IMG/VR virus record: IMGVR_UViG_3300045988_062964
Coordinates: 1 to 45,338 of that record
DNA: 45,338 nt
Strand: one strand, 5' to 3'
DNA from: a virus
Part shown: one piece after another, positions 5,961-14,531 of the stretch
Numbering within the stretch: the stretch's first letter is position 1
Layout of the letters: each line of letters starts with the position of its first letter
Made by a program: the position numbers and the translations under genes
Notes under the pieces: generated by a model
Seen by the model: only the letters and a program-made list of their open reading frames with translations
Told to the model about the DNA's origin: nothing
Database searches by the model: none

Positions 5961-6230
5961 TTATGTACCTTTTTGGAGGAATCCCAGCTTGTTTGCCGTG
6001 AACTCCACCTTTTCAAAGATGAAGGGCAGGTGCCGGTGGAGCGTTTTCCGGTCTATCCCGCAGCAATCGGCCGTGTCAACCTGCGCTTTCCGTTCCAGCA
6101 GATAGAGCTCCGCAATCTGCGTGTCGTCTCTCCCCAGATTGGCCTCGTGGATGGAGCGCTTCATTTCTGAGGTAGTCAACTCCTCTAATCTTCCAGGAAA
6201 TCGAATCAGCGCTTTTGACACGTCCTGCAC
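5961..6230 (-). CDS. Small HTH protein resembling sigma-70 region 4 (putative transcription regulator)
   Basis: 89 aa with a GTG start coupled to the upstream stop. DDTQIAELYLLERKAQVDTADCCGIDRKTLHRHL resembles a region-4 HTH. Confidence 0.45.
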   Translation of the reverse strand: MQDVSKALIRFPGRLEELTTSEMKRSIHEANLGRDDTQIAELYLLERKAQVDTADCCGIDRKTLHRHLPFIFEKVEFTANKLGFLQKGT

Positions 6231-6231
6231 C

Positions 6232-6558
6232 TCATTCTTCCGGCGGCTCTGTGGGCAGTTGTTTCAGGGCCTCCGCCAATTTTGTGACGGTTCCATTGCC
6301 TCCCAGCGCCTTGTATGCGTGATACATCGCCAACACATTTTCCATCCCATAAATCGGGATGTACTCAAGCTCCATGTAGTGGTTGTACTCGGCAATGATT
6401 TCGCGTCTTAGCAGAGCCTGTACCCCATTCATAAGGGCATCGCTCTTCTGATTGTCCGCTTTGATGCGTTTCCGCTCCCGCGCGGCGACCGCCTCGATAA
6501 TCGCCACCAAGACCACAGCCGCGCCGGAAATCAGTGGGCCTACCCACTCCATGGGCAT
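6232..6558 (-). CDS. N-terminally membrane-anchored lysis-cassette protein (possible second holin or holin partner)
   Basis: 108 aa with one N-terminal TM segment, GPLISGAAVVLVAIIEAV. The SD AAGGAGG overlaps the holin stop. It lies directly downstream of the holin. Confidence 0.5.
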   Translation of the reverse strand: MPMEWVGPLISGAAVVLVAIIEAVAARERKRIKADNQKSDALMNGVQALLRREIIAEYNHYMELEYIPIYGMENVLAMYHAYKALGGNGTVTKLAEALKQLPTEPPEE

Positions 6559-6830
6559 CAGCCCTCCTTAGTCAACTGCTTATAGACCTGATTGATACCA
6601 GTGGCCGCAAGGCCGGAGACGATGCCAACGGCGGCGGCGGTCAAATAGTCCGAGGCTGGAAACTCTGGCATGATAAACATGCCGAGGATGCCCAGCGCCG
6701 CGCCAAACGCACCGCAGATAATGGGAATCCACTTGTTGTCCAGGCCGGTGGCCTTGACCAACTGCCCGACGAGGAAGCAGATCACAGTGATAACCGCTAC
6801 TCCCGTGATACCCAAAGAAGAAATGTCCAT
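6558..6830 (-). CDS. Holin (phi LC3 / Holin_4_1-like)
   Basis: The ATG at 6830 follows the SD GGAGGT. Three hydrophobic segments. Motif DNKWIPIICGAFGAALGILG. It lies between the endolysin and the membrane protein. Confidence 0.8.
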   Translation of the reverse strand: MDISSLGITGVAVITVICFLVGQLVKATGLDNKWIPIICGAFGAALGILGMFIMPEFPASDYLTAAAVGIVSGLAATGINQVYKQLTKEG

Positions 6831-6844
6831 GATATGTACCTCCA

Positions 6845-8200
6845 TCAAATCAGATTCAGCCGATCCAGCACGACAGCCAGCTCCTGCCGGGTCATATTAT
6901 CGCGGGGCCGGGTGCCGTCCAGCACGCCCTTGTCCTTGGCCTTCTGCCACGCATCAGCGGCCCAAACGTCCGGGGTGTCCTCCGCGTTGTCCTCTCCCGG
7001 TTCGGCTTGCCACGCCACGCCCAGGAACTCACAGATGCCCTTTGCGGTGGCCTCGGCCAGTTTGTCTCGATACTTGGTGTCCTTAAGGTACTCCACGTCG
7101 GCCTTGTTGGTGTGGAAACCGTACTCAATCAGGCAGGCGGGAGCGTCCGTCTTGGCGAGCACGGTATACATCTCATGCTTGATAGGTTCACTTCTCATGG
7201 AAACACCGGCGGCGTGGAAGACGTTGACCAGGTCAGAAGCCAGCACATTGCGCTTCGCCGTCATGGGCCCGGCGCTGGTGTAGATCTCCAGCCCGGACGC
7301 GCTTGACCAGCCTCCCTCCCCGGCCGCGTTGGTGTGGATGCTCACAAAGCAATCCGGCTGCGCCTTATTGCTGATGTTGGCCCGCTCCGTGAGGCCGGGG
7401 TAGTTGTCCGCCGTCTTGGTGAGCACCACGCCCACCCCTTGGGCCTCCAGAAGCGGTTTGATACGCTGGGCCATGTCCCAGGTAAACTCCCACTCTTTGT
7501 AGGTGCCGTCCGGGGAACCGTTGACGTTGCCCGGCCCGTGTCCGGGGTCGAGGCATACAGTGTGCTTGCTCATAGGCTTGTCCTCCTGTTCCGGCGGCTT
7601 CTGGCCGCCCTGTTTGAGCCAGACGCAAATCCAGTTGTGCACCTTGCGGCTGGCGGTGATGCGCTCTCCGCCAAAGTCGCACTGGCTGGAGCCGCCCCCA
7701 TCCAGCATAACGGCGGAGGACCAGCCCAGCCCGGCCAGCTCGTCCCGCAGAGTTTCCGGCGTGGCTGCGTCTCCGGTCCCATCGCCAGAGCAGTAGAGGG
7801 CCAGACTTCCACCCCGCAGGCCAATGGCGCTGCGCCCCCTCTTGCCTCCCTGGGCTGATCCGTAGGAGGGCTTATCCACCGGCTTACCGGAGGTAACGAG
7901 GGCGGTCACAGCGATAAAGTTGGCCGCTCCCCCGTACTCGGAGGTCATGTGGATGTCGGGGCCCTTATCCCAGGCGTAGCCCATCGCTCTCCAGGGCGTG
8001 CCGGAGCGCATTACCCCGCCCACCTTAAGCAGCGGGCAGGGGGTGCCGTCTGGGTTCCACATGCCGCCATTGAGCACGTAATGAGCCTTTGTTTCAGCCT
8101 TGACCTGAGAGAGCGTCTTGCGGCAGTTGGTGACTCTCAGCTCAATCCGCTCCACGGACGAGAGCGGGATGTATGTAATGAGCTTACTCATTTGATTCAC
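6845..8200 (-). CDS. Multidomain endolysin: phosphodiester-glycosidase-like N-domain, Amidase_3 (N-acetylmuramoyl-L-alanine amidase) and a short C-terminal SLH-like segment
   Basis: N-domain: LNGGMW...RSAIGLRGG...VMLDGGGSS. Amidase: VCLDPGHG...FVSIHTNAAG...LIEYGFHTN. Tail: WQKAKDKGVLDGTRPRDNMTRQELAVVLDRL. Confidence 0.85.
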   Translation of the reverse strand: MNQMSKLITYIPLSSVERIELRVTNCRKTLSQVKAETKAHYVLNGGMWNPDGTPCPLLKVGGVMRSGTPWRAMGYAWDKGPDIHMTSEYGGAANFIAVTALVTSGKPVDKPSYGSAQGGKRGRSAIGLRGGSLALYCSGDGTGDAATPETLRDELAGLGWSSAVMLDGGGSSQCDFGGERITASRKVHNWICVWLKQGGQKPPEQEDKPMSKHTVCLDPGHGPGNVNGSPDGTYKEWEFTWDMAQRIKPLLEAQGVGVVLTKTADNYPGLTERANISNKAQPDCFVSIHTNAAGEGGWSSASGLEIYTSAGPMTAKRNVLASDLVNVFHAAGVSMRSEPIKHEMYTVLAKTDAPACLIEYGFHTNKADVEYLKDTKYRDKLAEATAKGICEFLGVAWQAEPGEDNAEDTPDVWAADAWQKAKDKGVLDGTRPRDNMTRQELAVVLDRLNLI

Positions 8201-8229
8201 ATCCTTTTATCCAGCGATCCCGCTGTTGA

Positions 8230-8379
8230 TTACTGTTCCGGGGCCAGTAGCCCGGCCAGCTCCTGGTACTCCTCCGGGGTGAGCCGGTCGGCGGCGAGAT
8301 AGACATCCATCTTGTCCTGGAGGCCGTCGGTGCGGCCCCGGTCAATAAGCAGCTTGCAGAGGTTGTATACGGTTGTCAT
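8230..8379 (-). CDS. XkdX-like small tail-associated protein
   Basis: 49 aa, not on the ORF track. Translation is MTTVYNLCKLLIDRGRTDGLQDKMDVYLAADRLTPEEYQELAGLLAPEQ, with SD AAAGGAG. Confidence 0.6.
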   Translation of the reverse strand: MTTVYNLCKLLIDRGRTDGLQDKMDVYLAADRLTPEEYQELAGLLAPEQ

Positions 8380-8392
8380 GGCGTCTCCTTTC

Positions 8393-8707
8393 TCATGTGG
8401 AAGCGGTGGTAGTCAGCTCCAGCATACACAGCCGCGCCTCGTGCTCGGACAGCATGTCCAGAGTGATGTCCTCTGCGAGGGGCGGCTGGGGTTCCGGCTC
8501 CGGCTCTGGGGGCCGCTCCGTGGGCGTGACACCCACCAGCTTGCCCTCCTCAATCTGGAGGTTACACCAGCCATAGGTCGCCCACACCGTGTCATGGAGG
8601 TGGGCGGGCACCTCTATGTAGCCCTCCAGCCAGCAGGCGCGCCGCCCGCTCTGGCTCTGGATCGGGTGCTGGCCGGTCTCCAACGGGTCAATTTGGATGA
8701 TGGTCAT
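8393..8707 (-). CDS. Hypothetical tail-associated protein (XkdW position)
   Basis: 104 aa, SD AAGAGGTG, with a PEPEPEPQP linker. It lies between the tail fibre gene and the XkdX-like gene. Confidence 0.6.
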   Translation of the reverse strand: MTIIQIDPLETGQHPIQSQSGRRACWLEGYIEVPAHLHDTVWATYGWCNLQIEEGKLVGVTPTERPPEPEPEPQPPLAEDITLDMLSEHEARLCMLELTTTAST

Positions 8708-8727
8708 ATTTAATTCACCTCTTATTT

Positions 8728-9387
8728 CTAAACTATGGCGTAGTAGTGATATACAACTTGAGATAAATTAAGCTGCACAGTTGCTGCATCAGATGGAGTA
8801 TAGTTATAATACCAACTGAAAGTTTTTCCATCCGCTGATTTTTTACCGTAAGAATCTCTTGAGTTGCTAGAGTAGAAAAAACCAAAGCCGCTTGTATACT
8901 CAGTAGGGATAATGCTGCCGGGAATAATGACAGAAGTTTCGCCAGTACCAGAATTGTCGATACTTCGATACGAATCTGGCCATTGCATGCCATAAATACA
9001 GAGTATTTTAAAGGGTTCGGCTAAGGTTATTTGATTAGGGTTGCTTTTACCTGTTTTTCCTGTCCCCACATAGCTCCCCAAAATAACCCTCGACCCCGCG
9101 TGCTCGTCCACGTACTGCTTGTTGGCGGCGTGGTTACCCTCTGTCGGATTACCACTCAGGGAGAGAGGCCCTTGCATTATCCCGCCAGCCAGCGGCAGGA
9201 ATGGAGCACTTTGCATACCAGCCAGAGCGGTGTTAAACTCCTCTTCGGTTCCGGTATATCCTTTCTCTTTTGCCGCCTGATAGGCGGACTTTCCAGGTGC
9301 ACCATCCTTGCCGTCTGCCCCTGGAGCTCCGTCCTTGCCAGGCAGGCCCACCCCGGCAACTTTTTTGCCGTTTACAACGATAGCCAT
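8728..9387 (-). CDS. Tail fibre protein with collagen-like Gly-X-Y repeats and an AT-rich distal domain
   Basis: Contains GLPGKDGAPGADGKDGAPGKS. The 3' third (8728 to about 9020) is visibly AT-richer than the rest of the gene. Confidence 0.75.
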   Translation of the reverse strand: MAIVVNGKKVAGVGLPGKDGAPGADGKDGAPGKSAYQAAKEKGYTGTEEEFNTALAGMQSAPFLPLAGGIMQGPLSLSGNPTEGNHAANKQYVDEHAGSRVILGSYVGTGKTGKSNPNQITLAEPFKILCIYGMQWPDSYRSIDNSGTGETSVIIPGSIIPTEYTSGFGFFYSSNSRDSYGKKSADGKTFSWYYNYTPSDAATVQLNLSQVVYHYYAIV

Positions 9388-9390
9388 GTG

Positions 9391-10071
9391 CTACACCTCC
9401 ACCCATTGCCACATATCCGGGGTATCCGGGGCCCACGTGCAGGGAATCATGTCCCCGCCCTCTGCCACCTTGTAGACCTTGCCGTTGTAGCTGTAGTGCT
9501 TACCCGCATGACAGTCCATGCCGTACACCCACGGGATGGGGTCGTCCACTGTGCCAGCGTGCTCGCGGTCAATAGGCCGGTAGATGGCGAGCATGCCGTC
9601 GTCGTGCGGTGGCATATCCTCTTGAGGAGTTACCGCCTGCACCACCCGGTAGAGCTGGCCTTCGTCGTTGAGGATGCGTCCCGCAGGCAGTTCCTCGCCG
9701 TCTGCCAGTACCACCGCCCAGGTGGGAAACAGATCGGGCATGTCCAGAACGTAGGCGTCCGGTATGGCCGTGCTGGTGGCCGCGTAGGCCCTCATCGCGG
9801 CGGCGTACTGTGACTGCATGTTCGGCTCTGACGGTTGGGGAGCTGGCTCTGGGACTGGCTTGTTGGTCAGGGTCAGCAGCGTACCAGCGTAGGTCTGCCG
9901 GGTATAGTTCCCTGCATCATCCTCTGACAAAAGAAACCCATCATCCCGGTACATCTGGATTTTGCCTGTCACCTCTCCGGGGTCAGGCGTGACCGAAAGA
10001 TATTTGATGGTATCCTCTGTCACAACCCGGCGGGAGACACTGTATTGCTTTTCGCCGATTTTTAAGTACAT
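9391..10071 (-). CDS. Tail-associated protein with a C-terminal carbohydrate-binding-like (CBM5/12-like) segment
   Basis: 226 aa, SD GAGGAGG. The C-terminus is HYSYNGKVYKVAEGGDMIPCTWAPDTPDMWQWVEV, an aromatic W/Y pattern. Confidence 0.55.
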   Translation of the reverse strand: MYLKIGEKQYSVSRRVVTEDTIKYLSVTPDPGEVTGKIQMYRDDGFLLSEDDAGNYTRQTYAGTLLTLTNKPVPEPAPQPSEPNMQSQYAAAMRAYAATSTAIPDAYVLDMPDLFPTWAVVLADGEELPAGRILNDEGQLYRVVQAVTPQEDMPPHDDGMLAIYRPIDREHAGTVDDPIPWVYGMDCHAGKHYSYNGKVYKVAEGGDMIPCTWAPDTPDMWQWVEV

Positions 10072-10080
10072 GTTACCTCC

Positions 10081-10779
10081 TCATAAACAGAAGCTGAAGG
10101 CTACGCAAAGCCGGTTATAGGCGCCGTGCCAGAAAGCACTTCCAGTCCTGTGGACATCACAGAAGTCGGAGGTGTTTTGAGAAAACGAAGAGCGCTCCAA
10201 CCAAAAGTCCGCGCTGCCGGCGCGATTTTTCACTTTGCTGTTGCCCGCCTTGTAGTAGTCATACTGGAGGCCCTCTCCAGCGAAGGAGTAGGTGGTGCTG
10301 CCGAAAATTTCGATTTCTGACAGCAGGAACAATTCATCGCTGGTGGTCACAATGCTTGGGTTCTGATTCCCTGCGCTGGTCAGTTTGTTAACTGCTCTTA
10401 TCCCCGCCTGCACCTCCGCCGGAAGCATGGTTTTCAGCGCGGGCATGGTCTGCGTCCGCATTTGGCAGTCCCGCCAGCCGCCCACGTTGGTGTTGCTGGG
10501 GTTCATCTGGTACGTGGTGTCGTAGCAGTCGTGCATCTGGAAGGTCAGCGGCGCTTTGCCCGTCCCGTCTGACAGATCATCGTGGTTCTTTCCGATGATG
10601 TCGATACGGTATGTCCTGCCGCCGATGTCCATGTCCTTGTAGCAGGAGCCATCAGATACCCAGGTGTCCGGCACCTCATTGGCGTGGCATGCCTCGATGA
10701 TAGCGGCCCAGTCATTGTTTGCAAACACAGGGTCATATGTTTTGTTGGAGGGTAGCCCTCTCGACATGAAGAACACCAT
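10081..10779 (-). CDS. Tail fibre / receptor-binding paralogue 3 (divergent, DUF6273-like)
   Basis: 232 aa with its start overlapping the upstream stop (TGATG). It shares FLLS..E and WLERS motifs with the two upstream paralogues. Confidence 0.6.
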   Translation of the reverse strand: MVFFMSRGLPSNKTYDPVFANNDWAAIIEACHANEVPDTWVSDGSCYKDMDIGGRTYRIDIIGKNHDDLSDGTGKAPLTFQMHDCYDTTYQMNPSNTNVGGWRDCQMRTQTMPALKTMLPAEVQAGIRAVNKLTSAGNQNPSIVTTSDELFLLSEIEIFGSTTYSFAGEGLQYDYYKAGNSKVKNRAGSADFWLERSSFSQNTSDFCDVHRTGSAFWHGAYNRLCVAFSFCL

Positions 10780-11486
10780 CAGGCCGACACCTCCTTTTTG
10801 GTAAATTGGAAGTCGTAAGGAAGGATCAAAGCGGGGCGGATGCCTGCGTCAGTGTTTGCTCTCCAGATGCTGCTGTCACCGTTAGTTCGGGTATACCACA
10901 CGTAGTTGGCATCGTTGGTGTACGGAGAGCGGAGCCACCAGTTTTCAGCATTACCATTTCGATTTGCAACCCGTTTGCTGTTGGCTAATGAATTTGTGCC
11001 GGACTCGAAGTAGGTCAGTTTTGCACCATCTACAGGGAAGTATGGGCTCGTAATGGTGCTCCATCCGACTTCATAGCCGGACAGCAGAAAAATCTTGCAA
11101 GACAGCCCATTTGCTCCGGTGCTGTCTGTTCCTCCTATTCCGCCTTCCTGCCGATACGGGATTTTAACCTGCTTGAGGGCCGACTTAATGTTAGAATCGT
11201 ACTTCAAAAGCATTGTGCCGTTTAGCCAGCTCTGGATATCGGATTGCTCCAGGTTGTTGACTTCTCCGGAATCCCATATCCGATTTTCAGAAATGTCTTT
11301 CCTCAATAGCCATGTCCCTTCGCAGGACGCATCATAAAGAGGGCTGTCCTCCGGTATCCCCTGGTTAACCACCAGATAGTCCACCGGGGTTCCTTTCTCG
11401 TTGAGCCGCACAATCTTTCCGACCTCAAGGTCGCCCGCAGAAATACCGCTTGAAGCAGGAACAAAAAAGCGCGATACATATACCAT
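10779..11486 (-). CDS. Tail fibre / receptor-binding paralogue 2 (DUF6273-like)
   Basis: 235 aa. N-terminus GISAGDLEVGKIVRLNEKGTPVDYLVVNQGIP. Motifs WWLRSPY and GIRPALILPYDFQF. Confidence 0.65.
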   Translation of the reverse strand: MVYVSRFFVPASSGISAGDLEVGKIVRLNEKGTPVDYLVVNQGIPEDSPLYDASCEGTWLLRKDISENRIWDSGEVNNLEQSDIQSWLNGTMLLKYDSNIKSALKQVKIPYRQEGGIGGTDSTGANGLSCKIFLLSGYEVGWSTITSPYFPVDGAKLTYFESGTNSLANSKRVANRNGNAENWWLRSPYTNDANYVWYTRTNGDSSIWRANTDAGIRPALILPYDFQFTKKEVSA

Positions 11487-12181
11487 CAGGACACCTCTGA
11501 TTTTAGGAATTTAAAGTCGTAAGGGAGGATTAAGGCGGGGCGGATACCGTAGGAATTATAGGAATAGCCATTACCATAACTTCCATCAACGGAGATGTAC
11601 CAATTACCAACATTATTCGCATTTGATGGAGAACGTGTCCAGTAAAGCCCATTCGTCATGTTGAATTTCGCAATTCTTTTGCTCCTAGCATCAGCGCCAT
11701 CACTATCAATAAAGTAAGATAGTTTTGCTCCATCTATTGGGAGGTATGAGGACAGGCTGTTATTTAATCCAATTTCATATCCGCTTATTGGAAATACTCG
11801 GCATTGCAGACCGTTTTCTCCGCTGTTAACTGTAGCAGAACCATTCCAAACACAATACGGCACTTTCACAGTTTTAATGGCTGCTTGAACTGGCAAATCG
11901 TAGTCCTTCATATATCCAGACATAGTGCTCAAAATGCTGGAACCAGGAAGCGCATTTCCTCCACCAGAGTTAAACGGTCCCATCTCACGGATGTCCTTCC
12001 GTAGCAACCATGTCCCCTCACACGATGCATCATATAGATTGGACGGTATGCCCTGATGTACTACCAGATAGTCAATCGGGACCCCGCTTTCATTTAGATG
12101 TACTACCTGTCCTATCTCCAAATCACCAGCAGAGATCCCCATATCCCCAGTTGGGCCGCCCCTATGCAAGAACACCATCAT
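11486..12181 (-). CDS. Tail fibre / receptor-binding paralogue 1 (DUF6273-like)
   Basis: The start was set at the ATGATG at 12181/12178, which overlaps the upstream TGA. N-terminus GISAGDLEIGQVVHLNESGVPIDYLVVHQGIP. Motifs YWTRSP and GIRPALILPYDFKF. Confidence 0.65.
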   Translation of the reverse strand: MMVFLHRGGPTGDMGISAGDLEIGQVVHLNESGVPIDYLVVHQGIPSNLYDASCEGTWLLRKDIREMGPFNSGGGNALPGSSILSTMSGYMKDYDLPVQAAIKTVKVPYCVWNGSATVNSGENGLQCRVFPISGYEIGLNNSLSSYLPIDGAKLSYFIDSDGADARSKRIAKFNMTNGLYWTRSPSNANNVGNWYISVDGSYGNGYSYNSYGIRPALILPYDFKFLKSEVS

Positions 12182-12978
12182 CCCACCCCCACATTGACCG
12201 GGATGTTGACGGCCGGGGCCTCTGCCGCGTAAAAGGTCAGTGTCCCAGCTCCCTGCACGGCGTTCTGCGCTGATGGCCCCATCCAGGCGTTCAGCGCCTC
12301 TGCGTCCGCGTCCAAATCTGTACCACTCAGCGCTACGTCTACACTCACTACCGCTGTGTCTGCCGCCACAATGGAGCAGGAAACCGTCTGGCTGTACCTT
12401 CCGTTCCCACCTTGCGTCCACCCGCTAGACAGCAAAGTAATTGTGGTACTCTTGGCCGGATCTCCTTTGCTGTCCCAAGCGCTTTTTTCTGTATCGCTTA
12501 CTGTTCTGTGGCTTTCATCTGCTGGTAGGTCTGCCAGCTTTGTACTGTTTGGTAAAGCACCAACCATATTAGCCGTGTAATCCCCCTCCTGGGGGACAAC
12601 TGCACCAGATCGTCCGTTGAAGGTGATCACACCGCTGCTACCTCTGCCCGCCAGCTCGTCGATAGCCCCCTGCACGTTTGTAGCCTCCAGGCCGCTGCCC
12701 GTGTTGCTGTAGCCCACCTGTTCGGCGGAGAGGTCGCCGCCCTCTCCGTCTTCGGTTACTTCGATGGTGTACGGCCCTTCGCCCAGGCTCTCCCCCATCT
12801 GCATCGTGCCGCCGCCGGGGATTGAGAGCCAGGGCGCAGCCGTGGCGATAGCGGCTAACTGGGCGGCGTACTGCTCCAGTGTGGTGCCCGACGGCGGTTC
12901 TACTCCCATAGCCTGTAGTGACGCTGCGATACTTGCCTTAGCAGCGGACAGTCGGTCAATTTCGCCCTGAATACTCAT
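12178..12978 (-). CDS. Tail fibre protein
   Basis: The start at MSIQGEIDRLSAAKASI follows the SD GGGAGG. The N-terminus resembles that of the upstream fibre gene. Confidence 0.65.
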   Translation of the reverse strand: MSIQGEIDRLSAAKASIAASLQAMGVEPPSGTTLEQYAAQLAAIATAAPWLSIPGGGTMQMGESLGEGPYTIEVTEDGEGGDLSAEQVGYSNTGSGLEATNVQGAIDELAGRGSSGVITFNGRSGAVVPQEGDYTANMVGALPNSTKLADLPADESHRTVSDTEKSAWDSKGDPAKSTTITLLSSGWTQGGNGRYSQTVSCSIVAADTAVVSVDVALSGTDLDADAEALNAWMGPSAQNAVQGAGTLTFYAAEAPAVNIPVNVGVG

Positions 12979-12991
12979 ACCACGCCTCCCG

Positions 12992-13864
12992 TCAAATGGC
13001 CGCCAGGGCCTCCTCAATGTCGCCCGTCAGGCTCACCGAGCCACCAGTGGTGTAACCCGCAGGGACGGCAAAGGAGGTTGTGGTCAAGCCGTCAATCTCC
13101 CCGGAGACCGCCCCATTGTTTGCCATTGAGCCAGTGACCTTCGCGCCTTTTGCGTAAGCGGTCTTGCCATTAAGGATATCCCCGGCAACCGCTGTGCCGT
13201 CAGAGGTGTCCACATAAGCCTCCGGGATGGCCGCCACTTCAACGGACGTGAGCACCTTCCCGTCCGTAGGCTCTACCGTTTGGACAGACTTGTTGGGTGT
13301 AACGCTTTTTGTCTCCGGGGTGATCTGCACCTTTCCTGTTCCGCTGTGATAACCCTTCGGGATGGTGTAAGACAGTTTTTCCGGGGTCAGTGTTTCAGTT
13401 GCCGCCCCGTTGTTTGGCATGGTACCTGTGGTGGTCTTGCCTGCCTTGTCCACAAACACCTTGCCAGTCAATACGTCAGCGGCGGTAGCCGTAACGGCGG
13501 ATACGTCCTGGTAGTTCCCGGGGATGGCGGCTACTGTCACATCGGACAGGCCATAATAGCCGGGGTCGGGCGTCACATTCTGCTGGGACTTGGTTGGCGT
13601 GACAGTCTTGCTCTGGAGGTTATAGTTTCCGCCGCCGGACACCCCAGAAACCGTTCCGCTTCCGTTGTGGTAGCCTTTGGGGATGGTATATGTATCGCCC
13701 TCTTGGACGGTGGCAGATACCGCGCCTCTGTTCTCGATTGCCTCAATCTCTGCGGCCAGCTTGGTCAGATCGTCCGTGCCTGTGCCAATACCCAGTTCAA
13801 CGGCCTTTGACCTGATAGCGTTCCGCGCTGTTTGGATTCTGCTGATTTCAGTTGCTACACTCAT
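12992..13864 (-). CDS. Tail fibre protein with three internal repeats of about 100 aa
   Basis: Repeated motifs are YTIPKGYH(N/S)G(S/T)G and (L)xGK...G(T/S)M(P/A)NNGA. Confidence 0.65.
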   Translation of the reverse strand: MSVATEISRIQTARNAIRSKAVELGIGTGTDDLTKLAAEIEAIENRGAVSATVQEGDTYTIPKGYHNGSGTVSGVSGGGNYNLQSKTVTPTKSQQNVTPDPGYYGLSDVTVAAIPGNYQDVSAVTATAADVLTGKVFVDKAGKTTTGTMPNNGAATETLTPEKLSYTIPKGYHSGTGKVQITPETKSVTPNKSVQTVEPTDGKVLTSVEVAAIPEAYVDTSDGTAVAGDILNGKTAYAKGAKVTGSMANNGAVSGEIDGLTTTSFAVPAGYTTGGSVSLTGDIEEALAAI

Positions 13865-13877
13865 GCTTTCCCACCTT

Positions 13878-14531
13878 TCAAATTGTCCCTAACAGGATTT
13901 CGATATTGCCTACCGTCTCCTGGACCGCTGCTGCGGTAATGGGGAGCGTATTATCACCTTCGTCAAAGCCGTTTACTGTGTCCACAGATAACGTCCTTGT
14001 GTCTCTGTCCAGCTTTAGCCCGTGCCCGATGTTGTAGGATGTACCTCCTCCACCCTCCGGTAAAGGGATATCCGACGCCTCATACTGGCCACTGTCTGGG
14101 TTCCAAATCTCCCAAAATCCATCCAGGCCGGGCCTCGGGGGATGCTGGTTCAGCTCTGTGATACGCTCCTCCATCTGCTCAAATTCGGAGGGCAGGGGAG
14201 GCGGGAAAGCATCTACAGCGTTAATGGAGTCATGGACCGTTGCGTAGAATATATTACTGTGCCGCACCTGCTCCCCGAGTGTACCCCTGACCTGCATTAA
14301 ATACTGGCCGTCATCAGCCAGCATGGAGGCCGTCAGCAAGGCGGAGTATACTTGCCCGACGCGCTGGAGCTGGATAATATTCTTCTGACCATCCTTCTCC
14401 ACATCCACCTTTAAGTCCCACTCGTCTGGGAGGTCGGTGGAGATTTCGAAGGCTACAGCCCCATTGTCGCCCTCAAACCCGAGGCAAAATTTAGGCGGGG
14501 TGCAGATGTACCAATTTGTCATGCTGAGCAT
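13878..14531 (-). CDS. Baseplate / tail fibre-associated structural protein
   Basis: 217 aa. Call based on position between the Tal-like protein and the fibres. No family recognised. Confidence 0.5.
   Translation of the reverse strand: MLSMTNWYICTPPKFCLGFEGDNGAVAFEISTDLPDEWDLKVDVEKDGQKNIIQLQRVGQVYSALLTASMLADDGQYLMQVRGTLGEQVRHSNIFYATVHDSINAVDAFPPPLPSEFEQMEERITELNQHPPRPGLDGFWEIWNPDSGQYEASDIPLPEGGGGTSYNIGHGLKLDRDTRTLSVDTVNGFDEGDNTLPITAAAVQETVGNIEILLGTI

Noticed and set aside
12182-12421. The 311-aa version of ORF 11486-12421.
   Set aside because: The first roughly 80 codons overlap the 3' end of the upstream fibre gene in another frame and are Arg/Gly-rich. The paralogue alignment and the ATGATG/TGA overlap place the start at 12181/12178.
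8728-13864. A diversity-generating retroelement acting on the fibre genes.
   Set aside because: No reverse transcriptase gene is present anywhere in the window, and no template/variable repeat pair with adenine-specific differences was found. The paralogues are diverged throughout.
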